Positions 37,791-51,420 of a stretch of DNA of 64,000 nt are shown one piece after another (position 1 is the stretch's first letter; each line of letters starts with the position of its first letter). The stretch covers positions 48,796,001 to 48,860,000 of the forward strand of contig NC_045696.1 in NCBI RefSeq assembly GCF_009834535.1, in the 5' to 3' direction. Below the pieces are notes generated by a model, which saw only the letters and a program-made list of their open reading frames with translations, was not told the DNA's origin and made no database searches. This stretch comes from Camelus ferus. Lineage: Eukaryota. Both the position numbers and the translations under genes were made by a program.

Positions 37791-39382
37791 TTCCTACTGG
37801 CCTCTGTCTCTCTCTATATATACACACACATATATATGTATACACATATATATCTGTCTATGTCTCTCTTCATTTTAGCATTGTTTCCTCCTATCTACTT
37901 TGTCTCTTTTTCCCTTAAAATAACCATACCATCATGCAAAACTTTAAAACATTTTCTGTGTCTACTGAGTAACATTTTATGTTCTCTGGTTCTTATTTTA
38001 AAAAGGGGTTGGGGGCATGAAGGAAAATGTTGAATTTCTTTTATGAGAGAAAGAGAGTAAGGCCAAGATCCTATAATTTTCTTTCTCCCCTGTGGATCAG
38101 GTCAATGATAAAAAATAACTTTTTATCCTTCCCTATAACCTAAAACAATATTTTATGTTTTACTGCTACTAAGCAAGTAAGCCAAAATCAAAGCACCTCA
38201 TATGTATGAATGTTTATACTTGAGTAACTTACAACATAAAAGGAAACATAACAGATGTAGGAACAGAAAAGATAAAGCCATTTTTAGCTAATTGTACTTT
38301 TTAAAGAGGCATTTATTTTTAATCCATTCTACTGCATTTATCATGATCACCCTGAAATCCAGAGCAACAGGAAGAAAAAAGGGCAGTGAGAGATCAGAAA
38401 CAGGGAGACAGCAGATGAAAGATGTTAGAGCAGGTGAGGATTGGGATGAGAGGGAAAAAGAACAGATCTGGGAAAATCATACTTCGTAATAAGGATGATT
38501 AAGATATATTTTTTTTCAAAAAGTTGTAAGGGGAGAAGAAAGAGCTTCGAAGCATCATAGACCTCTTGCCATCCCAGGAAATCCACTTCTGTTGGCTTCC
38601 TCTTTACCATCTACCCCTGGTGACTAAGGGCTGAACATCTGAGCTTGACTTCAGTGTACCCTTCTGCTTCCTCTACCTCCCACAGGTGGGAGATACATAA
38701 AAGGTGAAATAATCACAGAGGCCGTTCAGCTCACCTTTATATCCTAGCTTATACAGTTTCCCATCACTACTTCTTTCAAGACTGAATTAGGACTTCCCAG
38801 AAGTTGTCCTTGGTGAGACACACTCCACTTTAATCTCTCCTTCCCCACTTCTGCCCTTGCCATCATGCATTCTATCTGTCCTGGATAATCTTAAATGTTT
38901 TAATGTAGAATCATAACACCAGAAAAGTATTCATTTAGAGTGGAATTTAAATTCCGTTCTGGTAATCTTTCTTATTCTAATCAAGATAAGGACTAGAGAG
39001 TTTAGGCATCTTGTCAAAAGTCACAAAGTCACATAGCCAATTAAAGGCAAATTTAAGGCATCTTAATCCCATTCCGGGGCTCTTTCTACTATACTACATT
39101 GTTTGATTCACTTATTCCTTCTAAAATAATTAATGACTGTGCATTTTGAAGATTTGAAAAGAACAGTCATTATTAAGCTTCTTACATTTAAATAGCCCCA
39201 CTACTCCACTAGGTATAAAATTTTATTATCTAATGTAAAATTCCATGTTTCAAATACAATCATATTTTCAAGTGTTTGAGAATCCTAAACATAAGCAAAG
39301 CCAAAAATTCAAATAATTCTATTTCCTCTAAAATCCTGTCAGGGGAAAACATTCAGGACATACACTTGTCTTGGATAAAGTA

Positions 39383-39437
39383 ACACACACACACGCACAT
39401 GCACACACATGCACGCACACACGCGCGCACACACACA
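39383..39437. repeat. Compound (CA/CG/TG) alternating purine-pyrimidine tract
   Basis: 55 nt of uninterrupted RY alternation. Confidence 0.95.
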
Positions 39438-40884
39438 GACGCAGATATAAAGGACAAACTTACACCCTCCCTCATCTGGAAAAAGTTTAATCTATAATAT
39501 TGGTTACTTCAATTACACAGAAGTCTCCATTCTCAGCCTCAGCGCTTTAATTACAACAGTGGCAATACCTACCAGAACTTGTAGAGCACTCACAGAGTGC
39601 TTTCTGTGTGCTGCTAGGCACTGTGCTGGTCATTGGAGGAAAGAAAGAGAAAAAGAATGAGAGAGAGATAAGGAGGTGGGTGGAGGAGGAGGAAAAAAAT
39701 AGATGTGGATTTGCAGCTTAGTGGAGAAGATACACATCGGATCAGATTTTTTCTACAACGTGGAAGGAGATGGCACTGAGGCATGCTAGGGTGCCCGAGT
39801 GCCACAGATGCACCATTAGGGCCCTGAGTTCAATCTGAGGATCTGGGGAGAGGGACATTCTGGAGGATGTGCCCAGGAAAAGTGTTCAAGGATAAGTCAA
39901 GAGTTACCAAGAAAAAGAAGGGTCTTCGAGGCCAAGGAAAATCACAGAATTAGAAAAAATGTGTTGTATGTGGGAGCCATAAGCAACCTGAAGTTACTGG
40001 AATTTAGTATGTAATATGAAAAGCAGTGGGAAAGAGTTCTGAGAAATAAATATGCGAAATATTTATAGAGGGCCTTTCCTTCATGTAAGGGAACTACTTG
40101 GATTTGATGTGAGGTAGTATAATCGTTAGCCATCTCTTAATTACCTTACAATCATTGTAAAGTAGAAGTTTGTTTATCTTTTCTTAGCCTTCCTCCACTA
40201 CTGTCACCTTTCATAAAAAAAAAATTAAAGTGAATACATATAAGACACAATTCTTCACCGAATAATAATCTTCAGGATTCTTTCAAAGACAGCTGTTGTT
40301 AAGATGCACGCATTAAATGTTTTTAAGTGGGAGACTGACTTACTGAAAAATATAAAAATATGAGTGAATATTCCTGATACTAAGACTGCTCATAGGCTTC
40401 TGACATGGAGAAATGAATTTAAACTTAGTAAACATAATGGTAAATATTTTATTTTTGTCACTTACTAATGGACAGCAGCAAAGCCTTGTTTTTTCAGTTG
40501 CTTTTTTATAAACAAGTCACAGACAAAGCTTCTGAAAAGTATGGAGGTCCCAGAAGATTCTGAGGCAGCCATGCAGCACCGAAGCCCTCTGTTCCCGATC
40601 CCCTTGCAGGCCTAACGACTATTTTCAGACATTGCAAAATGTAGGTAAATCAACAAACCTACATCAAGCTGTTCCACAGCAAGTGCTTGACCTCCAGTCA
40701 GCTACAATTTCTTTTCACTCAAATAGGACGTCCTCTTTCAAATTCCCTACTCCCTTTAACACATACAATCACACACGCATTCACTTTTTTGTTTCTCCTG
40801 AGAAACTTGTCCTGCTCTTGGCATGCTGGGATAACGAAATAATTTTTTTTTGAAAAGGCAAAATTTTCCTAAGCTCTTGGATGT

Positions 40885-41100
40885 ATTCCAGTCAGCATCC
40901 ATCAACCTTTGAGCCGCTGTGTGTGTTTAGAGCTGTGCTAGGCGCAGCGAGAGACACCAATAAAAGAACAAATCCCAACACTTACTCTCGCCGAGTTTAT
41001 GATCAGGTTCAGGGAGACAAGACCAACATACATGCAACAACCAGGAAACAATTTGAGACAGTATATAATTAAGTGTTGAATGTAATACTGACTGCAAGTG
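40885..41100 (-). mobile_element. L2 3' fragment
   Basis: catccatcaacctttgagccgctgtgtgtgtttagagctgtgctaggc. Confidence 0.6.
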
Positions 41101-42039
41101 CACAATTCTTCACTAATTACCAATTGCTTGAAGGAATTAATACTTAACTTCAGGGATTTCAATCACAATTTCTCTATAAGCATTAATTCTTATAACCAGC
41201 AATTCAATTTATTTCAAAGAGTTACAAACATACCCTAGTTTTAACAAATTATCGGCATTGTTCTCAGAAATGTTTCTTTTCCCATTAAGCAATTAATTTA
41301 AATCCTGATTGTTCTGACCTCCAGGGCCTTTTGGAGGGCACTTGCTCTTCAGACATAATTTAATTTTTCAAATGAATTTTTTGGCTGGTGCAGGCTTCTG
41401 AGACCTGAGAGGAAGAAACCTGCTTTCTCCCCAGGAGCAGGAGAACAGGAGACCCCTGGGTCCAGGGCAGGCCCACTCTCACCTCAGCCAGGGGTGGATA
41501 AACTCCAGCTCCGGGCTCCTTTCCTCTACCCTGCCTTCTCTACTTCTCTTTTACTCCCTCTCCTTTCCTTCTTACTGTCTCCCTGCTTTGGTTCTCTTCT
41601 TTCCTACCTTTGTTTCAGTCTGACCAACAGCAGCTGCAGAGAAGGTTTCCTCCAGGTGGAGGAGGATGCTAACCCCGCCTCCCCTGCCGGTAGGTGGGAG
41701 ATGGCCCAGCAGGGATCATGCCTCAGAGAACAAGATCAGTCCATCTGGATCTTTGGTCAGCTTCTCATAAGCCAGCAGGTGTGCCAGGAGGGCTGCAAAC
41801 CTACTTTCAAATGTGCTCCCAGACAGAGACCTCACTGTCTCCTCACACCTGCCCTGCACTCTCCTGAGCCCCTTCGCTGCCTTGCTTACCTGGGACAGCA
41901 CACAGGACTCTGGCAGACAACTACAGGGGGGCATGACCACATCCAAACCTGCTTTTTGTTTGCCTTTAACCAAGACATAATTGATCACAGATATGTATGA
42001 GATGACACTTCTCTCCTTATCTGAGTGTTGTAGAGGGTG

Positions 42040-42340
42040 GAAAGCAAGTTTAAGTGACTTCGCTCCCCCTGAGCTTCGGTTCCTCCTCTGATACCCACTC
42101 AGAGGGTTGCTGTAGGAACTACATGGTGGTGATGCTCCAGATCTCCTGGCTTCAAGTCTCAGTTCTGCCTCTTCCTAGCTTGGTAACCTAAGCACGTTGT
42201 ATCAGTTTTCTGTGTTTCAAGTCTCTCATCCGTAAATGTAAAACAGGAAGAATAAGTGTATCTATCTCAGAGACTTTATAGCTTAGGACTATATAAGTTG
42301 AATTATGTAACACATATACAAAACATTCTGTAAATATTAC
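42040..42340 (+). mobile_element. MIR fragments
   Basis: ctgagcttcggttcctcctctg; cctggcttcaagtctcagttctgcctcttcctagct...ctcatccgtaaa. Confidence 0.75.
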
Positions 42341-43099
42341 CTTTTATTAAGTAAAGTTACTTGCATATAGTGAATATTCTATAGTATAAGCTTTTCTTTC
42401 CATTCATTTGTACCAAGTTAGTGGAGGGTAAAATACGCAGGAGACTGCCCGCACCACAGCTGCCAACTAGGACATGTCCTTTCCTCTGACTACACCTAGG
42501 TGGATTTCAGCCCTGCTCCACCACTCGAAAGCACCATATTTATCATCAGTCAAAGTAGCATGGTCTATGATAAGATAAACTTCAGCAATATGCACTGAAG
42601 GCTTCCTGAATAGAGTACTGAAAACATTCAAGAGTGGTCAAAAACAGGTGCCACAAATCAAAAGTATTTTTGCAGTAGACCATATGCTATGGGATCTTAT
42701 ATAAACTGTGCAATTAGGAGATTTTGATTTGACAAATATAAAGATTCCAAGAATATTTTAATAACCCAGGAGGTGGATGTGGGGCAAAATAGGTTTGGGG
42801 ACGTTCTATCATTATTCAACTTTCTACAAATCAATGGAAAATAAAACTTGGGGAAAGGGATAAATAAAGATAGCTTTTCTCTTAACATAAAGCCCCACCA
42901 CAGTTAATAGCATTTCTCTCTTTCTACCTACAAGGAGGGTTCAAGAGTGGTTTTGACCCTGAGCATATTTCTAGATTGACCAAACTGATGGTAGGAACCT
43001 GGAAGTACAACACCCAGTAAGTCTCTCACCCTCCAATTACTAAAGTTTGAAGGGACAATTTATTTCAAAATTAAACTCACTAGGAGCGAAATGACTTAG

Positions 43100-43320
43100 A
43101 TGATAATGATGGTGATAAGGATGATAATGATTGTGAGGGCTGATATTTATTGAGTGCTTGCTGTATGTCAGGCACCATCCAAAACACTTTACATATATTA
43201 TCTCACTTAAACCACTTACATGATCTCATTCAATCCTATCCCAACCTAATGGGAAAAAAACTATACTTATTTCCATTTTACTAATGAGGAAGTTGGTTCA
43301 GAGAGTTAGAGATCAAGCAG
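43100..43320 (-). mobile_element. MIR with GAT-rich tail
   Basis: atttattgagtgcttgctgtatgtcaggcac...ttccattttactaatgaggaag...cagagagttag. Confidence 0.85.
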
Positions 43321-46314
43321 CCAAAAAGATGATTTTTCTTCTAGTATGATGGAAGACAAGACAACTCCAAAAGTACTTTGCAGTGAAATGTGAAAGCAAT
43401 TGAACTGGGTCAGGTTTTGTCAACAGCAGGAATTTCATAATATAAAAAATCTGAACACTCAGTAATTTTTATAGTTGTGATATTGACTTTAAATACCAAC
43501 TACCTCCTTATTTGCAAAGTCATGTAATTCTGCTCTTAGAAACCAAAGACTAAGAAAACCCACAAGCTACCACTAACATCCAGTTTTATTTGTGCTGCAC
43601 CAGATCCTTCCAATCTAACTTATAAACCAAGAACTCTTTCACAATAGATAAGATCAGAACACAATTCAATCATTCTTTTCGTTTCAGGAGAGAACAAGTA
43701 ACAAGGCTGCTAGCCAGTTATACAACAGGTACTATGGCCTTCAAATTTCTCACTGCCTTCTAGTTATCAAGAAAGTTAGTTAATTATTATCAAACCCCCA
43801 GCTCTCAAAGAGGCCAAATTCACCTTGCTCCAAAACCCTTGCCAGGGAAAATAATGTAAAAGGAAAATAGCAGTTTTATTATAAACCAAATTCTTGATGC
43901 TCTAGTAAAACACAGCTAACTTCAGGGAACCAGATAAATTTTTTTAGAAAAGTTGCTACATGGGGCTGGGAGTAGGGGGGATGGAGGTGTGAGAGAACTA
44001 ACTGCTGAAAGACCACAAAGAAAGATAGCTCAGAATAGCTGATCAACTATGTCTAAGGCCAAATGACCGAGCTCGAGGAATGTATGTTAAAGCATTGCTT
44101 AATGAAGAGCTAATCTAATAAAATCAACTGCTCTTTCAATGTGCCCAGAATCTTAAAAGCTATCCAGGCAGTGTCTGAAGGAGAAATGTCCATAAAAAGA
44201 TCTGAATGCTTTGGAATTCATGTCCTATGGAATCCCTTCCATGCTTAGAACCAGTCTGGAACACAGATCTTGTTTTGTTTGTTTTTTTAATCCTGGGCAT
44301 AATTTATTTTTTGCATAGGCATAAATCAGAATCTGGAGACTAAAATATTAACCAATAGTGCAGCATTGTGACAGCATAGGCAGGGGCCAGTGCTGGAAGA
44401 CCACAGGGTGGTGGTGGGGCCTCCCCTTCATTCCGGCTCTATCCTCCAGGAACCCATTCAGGGCACCCACCTGCACAGCGGCCCTTCCTGCCCCCTCCCC
44501 ATAGGCCATAAGGACCCAGAGAGTTGGAATCAGTGGCCCAAGCCCCTCTTTGCAGCCAGGTTACAAGGAATTGAAATCACCTACTGCCCACTAGTCCACA
44601 TGGCTACATATGCAGAGAGGTATAGAGGGAGGGAAAGAAAAGGGGGAAAGGAAGGAAAAGAGATGATAAAGAATAAATTTCAAAGAAAAGCCACAGTCAG
44701 AATATTGTTTTATTTTATAGAATCATTTGAAGAGTTCAAACTCTTATTTGTGTGGGATTTTAGGAAAAATTGATTTTTTTCTTAAAGCCAAATAGTTAGT
44801 GAATTGTATTTTCACATAGATCAAAGTAAAAGTAATCATAGCAGCCTTTAACATTCTCACAAATGACTCTCTTGGCTCTGAATATATGGAGTGATGTGAA
44901 TTCAATAGATTGTAAGGGAATTCTAATTTATAAACCTAATTTGCTCAGATGAATTAGGAAAACAATAATAATTTATGCAGGAATATTTTTTTATTGCAGT
45001 TGAGCCAGAGAAGAAATAACTTTGCAGCAAAGTTGACAATGTTTGTGAAGATTTGACTGTGAAGTACTGATTCCATAAGCCACTGCTCAAAAAAAACCAA
45101 AAAACAAAACTTTAATTCATGAATTAACCATCATATCAGTATCATATTATATCTTAACATACAGGAACAGTATACAAAATAGCATCACATATAACTTACA
45201 ATTTCAAAAGCGTGATTCTTAAATGATCGTTTTCTGGCAAAAGGACCCAGAGCGTCAACGGGGTTTGCAACAAGGTCAGTTGCCTGAATGGCATGGGAAG
45301 TGAATGTATACCACACCACACTTCCAGAGAAAAAGGCAATGCCTCGTTCAAATAGACAGCTCTTCAGTTAGCTCCTTTCGCAACAGTGATTACATTTGGG
45401 CTTCACATTATGGGTGCAATGAAGCTGGAATTTACTGCCTGAATAATAGATCAAAGCAAATCAGAAAGTAATTAGTTGATAGAGCAAAGGGCTGCTTATC
45501 TGAATGACTTGGTTTATGGAACATAAAGGAACAGGAAACCCTTGACTTAAAGCTTTTGAAATGAAGAAGAGGAAAAACTACATCCAAGAGCCGTTTATCC
45601 GTAGGGAGGAAATCAACTACATCTACTCTTTTCTTTTGCAAATTAGGTCCCTTTCTTCCTCGGTACTAAACTTCCTAATCTGAGAATCCATTTCCCTTCA
45701 TTGCATATGTTTCTCTGGAGGCCGCATATTCATTTTCTGGATATTAGATACCCTATTTACCACAGCCTGGAGCCTGGAGGCATTTGCTGCTGGCAGGGTT
45801 TTTCCCTCCCATTTCAATGCAGAATGTTACAGTAGAAATGACTGATAAAGGAAGTGAGCGACAGACCCCTGTTGGGAGGCCAGTGATCACTACACACTCT
45901 GATTTTCTATTATTATTATTTATTATTATTTAGCATATTAAATGCCCACTCTATCATCATCGTGGGTGACGTCTCAGGGGGTAGCAGAGCACTCAGGTTT
46001 AGGAGGACGGAGTTTAATATTAGGTTGAAAACGGTTAACAACAGGCTGAAGGCCTAACAAAAACACATTTAGAAAGTCAACCAGAGGGATTTTTATTTTA
46101 ATGAAAAAGAATAATGAAAAGACCTCTGCAGGGAGCACAAATTTGACTAGGTTATTTAAACATATATGTAGGCTTTAATGTTTCAAAAGGTTTTAAAAAA
46201 TAATAATAATAATGGGATCTAATCTAATTTGTGGATTTGGGCCTAAGTTGCAGGGTGGTTGCAAAATTGTCTTGGAAAGCCAGACTCTTTTGCCAACTAA
46301 GATCTTCAAATAGA

Positions 46315-46680
46315 TTTTAGGGTGTTTGAGTTGGAAGGACTTAGAGATGATCTGATTTGATCTCTTCATTCGCTGGACAAGACACAGAAGCCTAAAAATG
46401 TAAAATGAGTTCCCAAGGCCATTCAGTTAGCAAGTGACTGGGCTGTACTGAGAGTGACCGTCTGATGAGCCCTCACACCAGCCACGTCCGTGAGTAACTG
46501 CATCCTCTCTACCTGTGATCCTCACAGTAGTCTGTGAGCGAGGCTTATTGCCTTCAGGCTGTAGACAAAGAAACGGAAAGTAAGAGGAATTACGTAATTT
46601 ACCAAAGGTCACACAGCTAGAAAAAGGTGAAGCACTCATTTAACATGAAGGATCCTAAAGGTGCCTTAACCGCTCACCCC
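46315..46680 (-). mobile_element. Two MIR fragments
   Basis: ggaaggacttagagatgatctg; atcctcacagtagtctgtgag...aaggtcacacagctag. Confidence 0.7.
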
Positions 46681-48245
46681 AACAGAAGGCAGAGCTCTCT
46701 GCTGTTTTCCACAAGCCTGCAGCCTCCAGGACCCTGGAGCTCAGCAGATCCAGCCAAGCTCTGTCTACTAAACCCATCACTGGTCCTATTTTAGTTACTG
46801 ATGCTGTAATTCCAACCTCCCTGACTTGATATCTTGAACCCACCCTAGTTTCCACTTCAGCCCTAACTCCTCTAGGTATTAGATCCTATTCCTTTTGGCC
46901 CCTGCCTAGGATGACTCCCAACCCACCTCCAGGTCAGCTCCTGAGATCAATGCCACCTCACTCCAATGTCGCTGGTCTAGAATCAACTGAGACAGGTCAA
47001 ATGGAAATAAAATCTACCCAAGTCCAAATGTGCAGTGTAATGGAAAGTGAAGTAGAGGGCCCAAGCCAGTCTCACAGGCTGGTCAGAGCTCTACACCTGA
47101 TAAGCAATTTAAGAACTAAGTAAAAGGGGCAAGACAAGTTTTTCAGATAGTTACCAAGGGAAAGAGAAAAAAGCGAGAAGATATACCGAAGGAAGGGAGT
47201 CGGGAGAAGGAAGGGATCTGGGACAAATCTGGCAGCCTGGTGATTCAGCTATTAACTGTGCCACCAGATCCTCGGCTCAGTGATAGAACATAACCCTAAA
47301 GCCTATCTGTCTCAGGCTGGGGCAGAAGCTCCTGCCTTAGGAGGACAGCTTCCTACACTCAGTCAGAGCTAGTAGCAGCAGGAACCACGCACAGCCCCAT
47401 AAGTGAGGACCTGGGGAGGGACAAAGCAGGGAACCTGAGGCGGGGCCTGACACCCTGCCCCCTCTCCCCCTCAGGATGGCATGGAGAGATAGCAGTCAGG
47501 CCATATGCCACCTTATCAGTCACAGTTGGCCCTGTAATTGACTAGAGGCTTGGTCTTTAGTCTAGATAAAGTTAATCTCTTCTGTTACCAGTTCCCCTTC
47601 TCATTTCTTGAAGACACGGAACAAGTCATGGCAGAGTTACTATGGTCCCTGGGTCCCTTTCCTGATCAACTTTGTATCTGTGTGCTGGATGTGGCCATGC
47701 AGCCCTCTTAGCTTTGTAACAATGGGAATCTCTCCTAGAGAGCTGGGCATGCATGGTTATTGCACTGAGCTACCTAAAGTCCTGTAGCTCCTGTGGTTCT
47801 GTGAATAAGGCTCTCCAGAGTCTTTCCTTAGGTTCTTCTTTCACGTTGCGATGCTGCATTTAGTATCATCTCTCTCATTACTCGAAAAGGCACTGGGACA
47901 TCAACTGGCACTGTCAGGTGTAGACTACCTGATCCAGTTCAGATTCATTCTGATCCAGCCCATGATGGATCCTTCACCATGCCATCCCAGTCCCCCAGGA
48001 AAGCCTCTGTGATTGCCTCATCCATCTGTAGCTAAGATCTGTTGCAGATGGTCAGTGCTGGTAGGACCAACCACCCTGGTTTATCCCATATCTTGTGGCG
48101 GGGAGAATCATGTTTTTTGAATTTTCCTCCATTATATCCTGAGCCCAAACTTTACTATCACTATTTAGCTTGGAAGAGCCTTTTAACCTCCTTCAGCCTC
48201 AGTTTTTATTAAACCTCGAAAAGTTTGTATGAGGTTCCCTTTTAG

Positions 48246-48749
48246 TGTGTCAGTCAGTGCTCTCCAGAGAAACAGACAAGTAAGATGTGTGTGTGTGTGT
48301 TTGCATGTGGATAGACGAGTAGGCAGACAGACTTTTCATAAGGAACTGGTTCACACAATTAAGGAGGCAAGCAAGCCCCACGATCTGCAGAGCGAGTCAG
48401 CAAGCTGGAGACTCAGGAGAGCCTATGGTGGTCCTGTCTGAAGGCCAGCAGACTTAAGACCCAGGAAGAGGTGACATTTCAGCTCAAGTCTGAAGGCAGG
48501 AAAGAAGCTGTGCCCTAGCTTCAACACAGTCAGACAGAAAGAATTTTCTCTTACTCAGGTCGGTCAGCCTTTTTATTCTATTTACTTTTTCAGCTGATTG
48601 GATGAAGCTCAGCTACAGCAGGGAGGGCGACCTGCTTTACTCAGTCCATCTAGTGAAATGTTAATCTCATCCAAAGACACACTCAAAGAAACACCCAGTA
48701 TCTGGCACCCTGTCGCCCAGTCAAGCTGACATGTAAAATTACCTTCATA
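48246..48749 (-). mobile_element. MLT2 (ERVL) solo LTR
   Basis: cagtgctctccagagaaacaga...taaggaactggttcacacaatt...agctggagactcaggagagcc...gtcaagctgacatgtaaaattacc. Confidence 0.9.
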
Positions 48750-49985
48750 CCTAGTAAACTTAAATATGCTAAACCTGAGCCAACTTAGGCCAGCAGATAC
48801 ATGGGAATAAATTCACATATTTACTTTGAGTCTTTATGATAAATTTCTATGTTGGATAGATCATATTTTGTTATTCAAACTCACAATCAATGTGCCTGAA
48901 AGCTGCCCTTTAACATGGCACATATCATACAAATATGGGAGCTTCCAAAGGAAATTTAAGAAACCACATCCTAATAAAAACAATTTTCATTCTTGGGTAA
49001 TTGAGAATTTAATTAAGGGCAACTAGTAGGTCTATAGTATAAAGTTTACAGAGTCAAAGAAACAACTCTCAGAAAAGGAAAAAAAAAAAGAAGTGTCTCT
49101 AATCCATGAACCACCCCCCATTTTAAGTAAGATCTACTTGTAGCATCATATATAAGTAACCCAGTAAGTATAATTTGCTTAGCTTTTCCAAAAAGCTTTC
49201 TGATATGTTTCCTTCTAACAGATTACTAAGGGAAAGAAGTCACTAGAGGATAGAGGGCAAAACACTGCCAGCAGTTGCTGTGAAAAGCCACAGAAGCAGT
49301 CTTAGTGAACAGCTGTGGCTGAGAGTGAAGTTAATAATTAGACACCCAGGAGTCTAGTGTTGGTTCTGGCAATGCTCAATACAGCGTGTTTAATGAGGAG
49401 GAGGAGATACTGGGAGATGAGCTGGTAGGCATGTAGGGTCTGACTGCCAAATCTGCAATGGCTCTGCCTTAGGTAAGTGGAGGACATCAGTCAAGAACGA
49501 TGAAAGCAACCACATGGATACCCTGCTTTGGGATTTCAGTAGAAATGAAGGCACTTGAAATTCAACTTGTACCAATAGTCATTCCAGCAGAAATTAAGTC
49601 AAATTTCTCTGAAATTTCTTCTTGGAAGTAAACTGATTAAAGGAGGATCTAACATCTACCTGAATAGACAAGAGATGAGACAGGAATGCAGTTGTAACAA
49701 ACAATGAAGTTAGACAAATGCAGTTGTACGAATAAGGAATATAAAAGGTTTTCTATGAATTTCTGTAAAATCATGATAACAAAGACAATTTCTTATTGAT
49801 TTTAACAGGACTCAATACTCTTTGGTTTCAACTTGAAGGAGTCAATTTGAAGATGGATTCAGGAAGAAAAAAAATAATTCCAAGATATTGAGAAACAAAG
49901 TCATTGATATAAAAGCATACAGGATTAAAGCTACCCTTAATGACTGTTGGATATTCTCATTAGCCTGCATTGCTCTAGGACTTAC

Positions 49986-50158
49986 CAGCTTGTGGTACAA
50001 ATGAATTCACATTAGCATTGATAAACACATTTCTGTGCCTAGTAGCCTTCACTTGCGTAAGTGCCTCAAAAACTTCAGGGTTTCCTGGAGTGCTGGATAG
50101 AAGACTGGCATCATTCCTTTCCTGTTTTCTTATCTGGATCCCTGGTGATATCTTCTGC
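49986..50158 (-). other. Candidate spliced exon (173 nt) of an unidentified transcript
   Basis: Minus strand: ttttcttcctggctcttag|GCAG acceptor and CTG|gtaagt donor; one open frame; not an obvious repeat. Confidence 0.45.
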
Positions 50159-50294
50159 CTAAGAGCCAGGAAGAAAAGCAAACTGCACCACTAGAACTGG
50201 TGCCTGGATGCTGCATGAGAGACCTGCATCTCTAACGTCCCCTCAGTACTTCTGAAACTGCTTAACCATGATGAACTTCTGCAACCATATGAGT

Positions 50295-50830
50295 CTCAAT
50301 GGAAGATTGTATTCCAAAACTGGTCGCAGCATTATTTTTGGCTCCATATGCTCTTTGAGGATTGTGCCACTTCCTCATTAAGAAGTAGAATCTCTTTATC
50401 CTTCCCTTGGACCTGGGGAGACTTCCCAGCAATAGAGTAAAGCAGAAGTGATGCTATGTGACTTCCAAGACTGGATCACAGAAAGGATACAGCTTCCTCC
50501 TGACTCTCCCCTTAGAATCCTGGCACTCATAACCCAGCTACCATATTGCAGGGAAACACAAACCATGTGGAGAAGCCATGTGTTTCCACCAGCAGCCCTA
50601 GCTAAGGTTTGAGCCTACAACCAGCATAAATTGCTAGATGTGTAAAAAGAGAGACCTTCATTCCAACCTCCAGCTTTGGAAAGGCCCCAACTGACACCTA
50701 GTTGAGCAGAAATGAGTTACTCTTGCCAAACCCTGTGCAAAATGCAGAAAAGTGAGCAAAAAGAAATGCTGTCATTGCTTTAAGCTGCTATTTTGGGGTG
50801 GTTTGTTATGCAGCAGGTCATAGCTATAAC
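50295..50830 (+). mobile_element. MLT1G/H-like MaLR LTR
   Basis: gcagaagtgatgctatgtgacttccaagactgg ... ttttggggtggtttgttatgcagca...ataaca. Confidence 0.88.
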
Positions 50831-51387
50831 AATCCTCCTTTGTAAGAGCCACACATATTTCAACACAAAACTGAGGGAAATGTCAACATCTCCAATTCTA
50901 TGTGGACCTTTGAACATCAATTCTAAGCATATGCCTGCCCAAATACTAAAGACTCCCTCATGGTAGCAAGCCTCTCAGCTTCTGCTTTAGACACTGAATA
51001 AGAAGTAGCTGAAGATCCTTGGCCAGCCACCATGCTGCCATCTTCATCTCACTATTTCTCCCCAAGGAACATTAACCCTAAATTTTGTCCTAGCAGATTC
51101 CTCTCTTGCATGCATTTTGACCCGTATAAGTAGGTGTCTGGAGGTTGGAGGTAGGTATGAGGAACTGGTCCATAACTTCAGGTGGAACAACCAGATTGAC
51201 TGAAAACTCCACTTCAAGCCCAAACCTACTCCTACTTTTTTTTTTTTTTTAATAAACTATCTCTGAAAAAGAAACCTTCTAAGTGGCTGTAATTTCATTT
51301 TCTGTCCTGATAATGTCATTTTTTATAGGGCAAATTGACCAGGAAATACAAATAAGAATAAAAGAGATCTTGGGGAGAGAAACTTAC

Positions 51388-51420
51388 TTGTCAGAAATGT
51401 GCTTTATGAAGGTTATGGAG
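51388..51420 (-). other. Candidate 33-nt micro-exon
   Basis: Minus strand: aattttcttctgttgtag|CTCC acceptor and CAA|gtaagt donor. Confidence 0.35.

Noticed and set aside
41494..42000. 168-aa ORF, the longest in the track
   Set aside because: Non-ATG start, low-complexity Leu/Ser stretch from a pyrimidine tract, no recognisable domain
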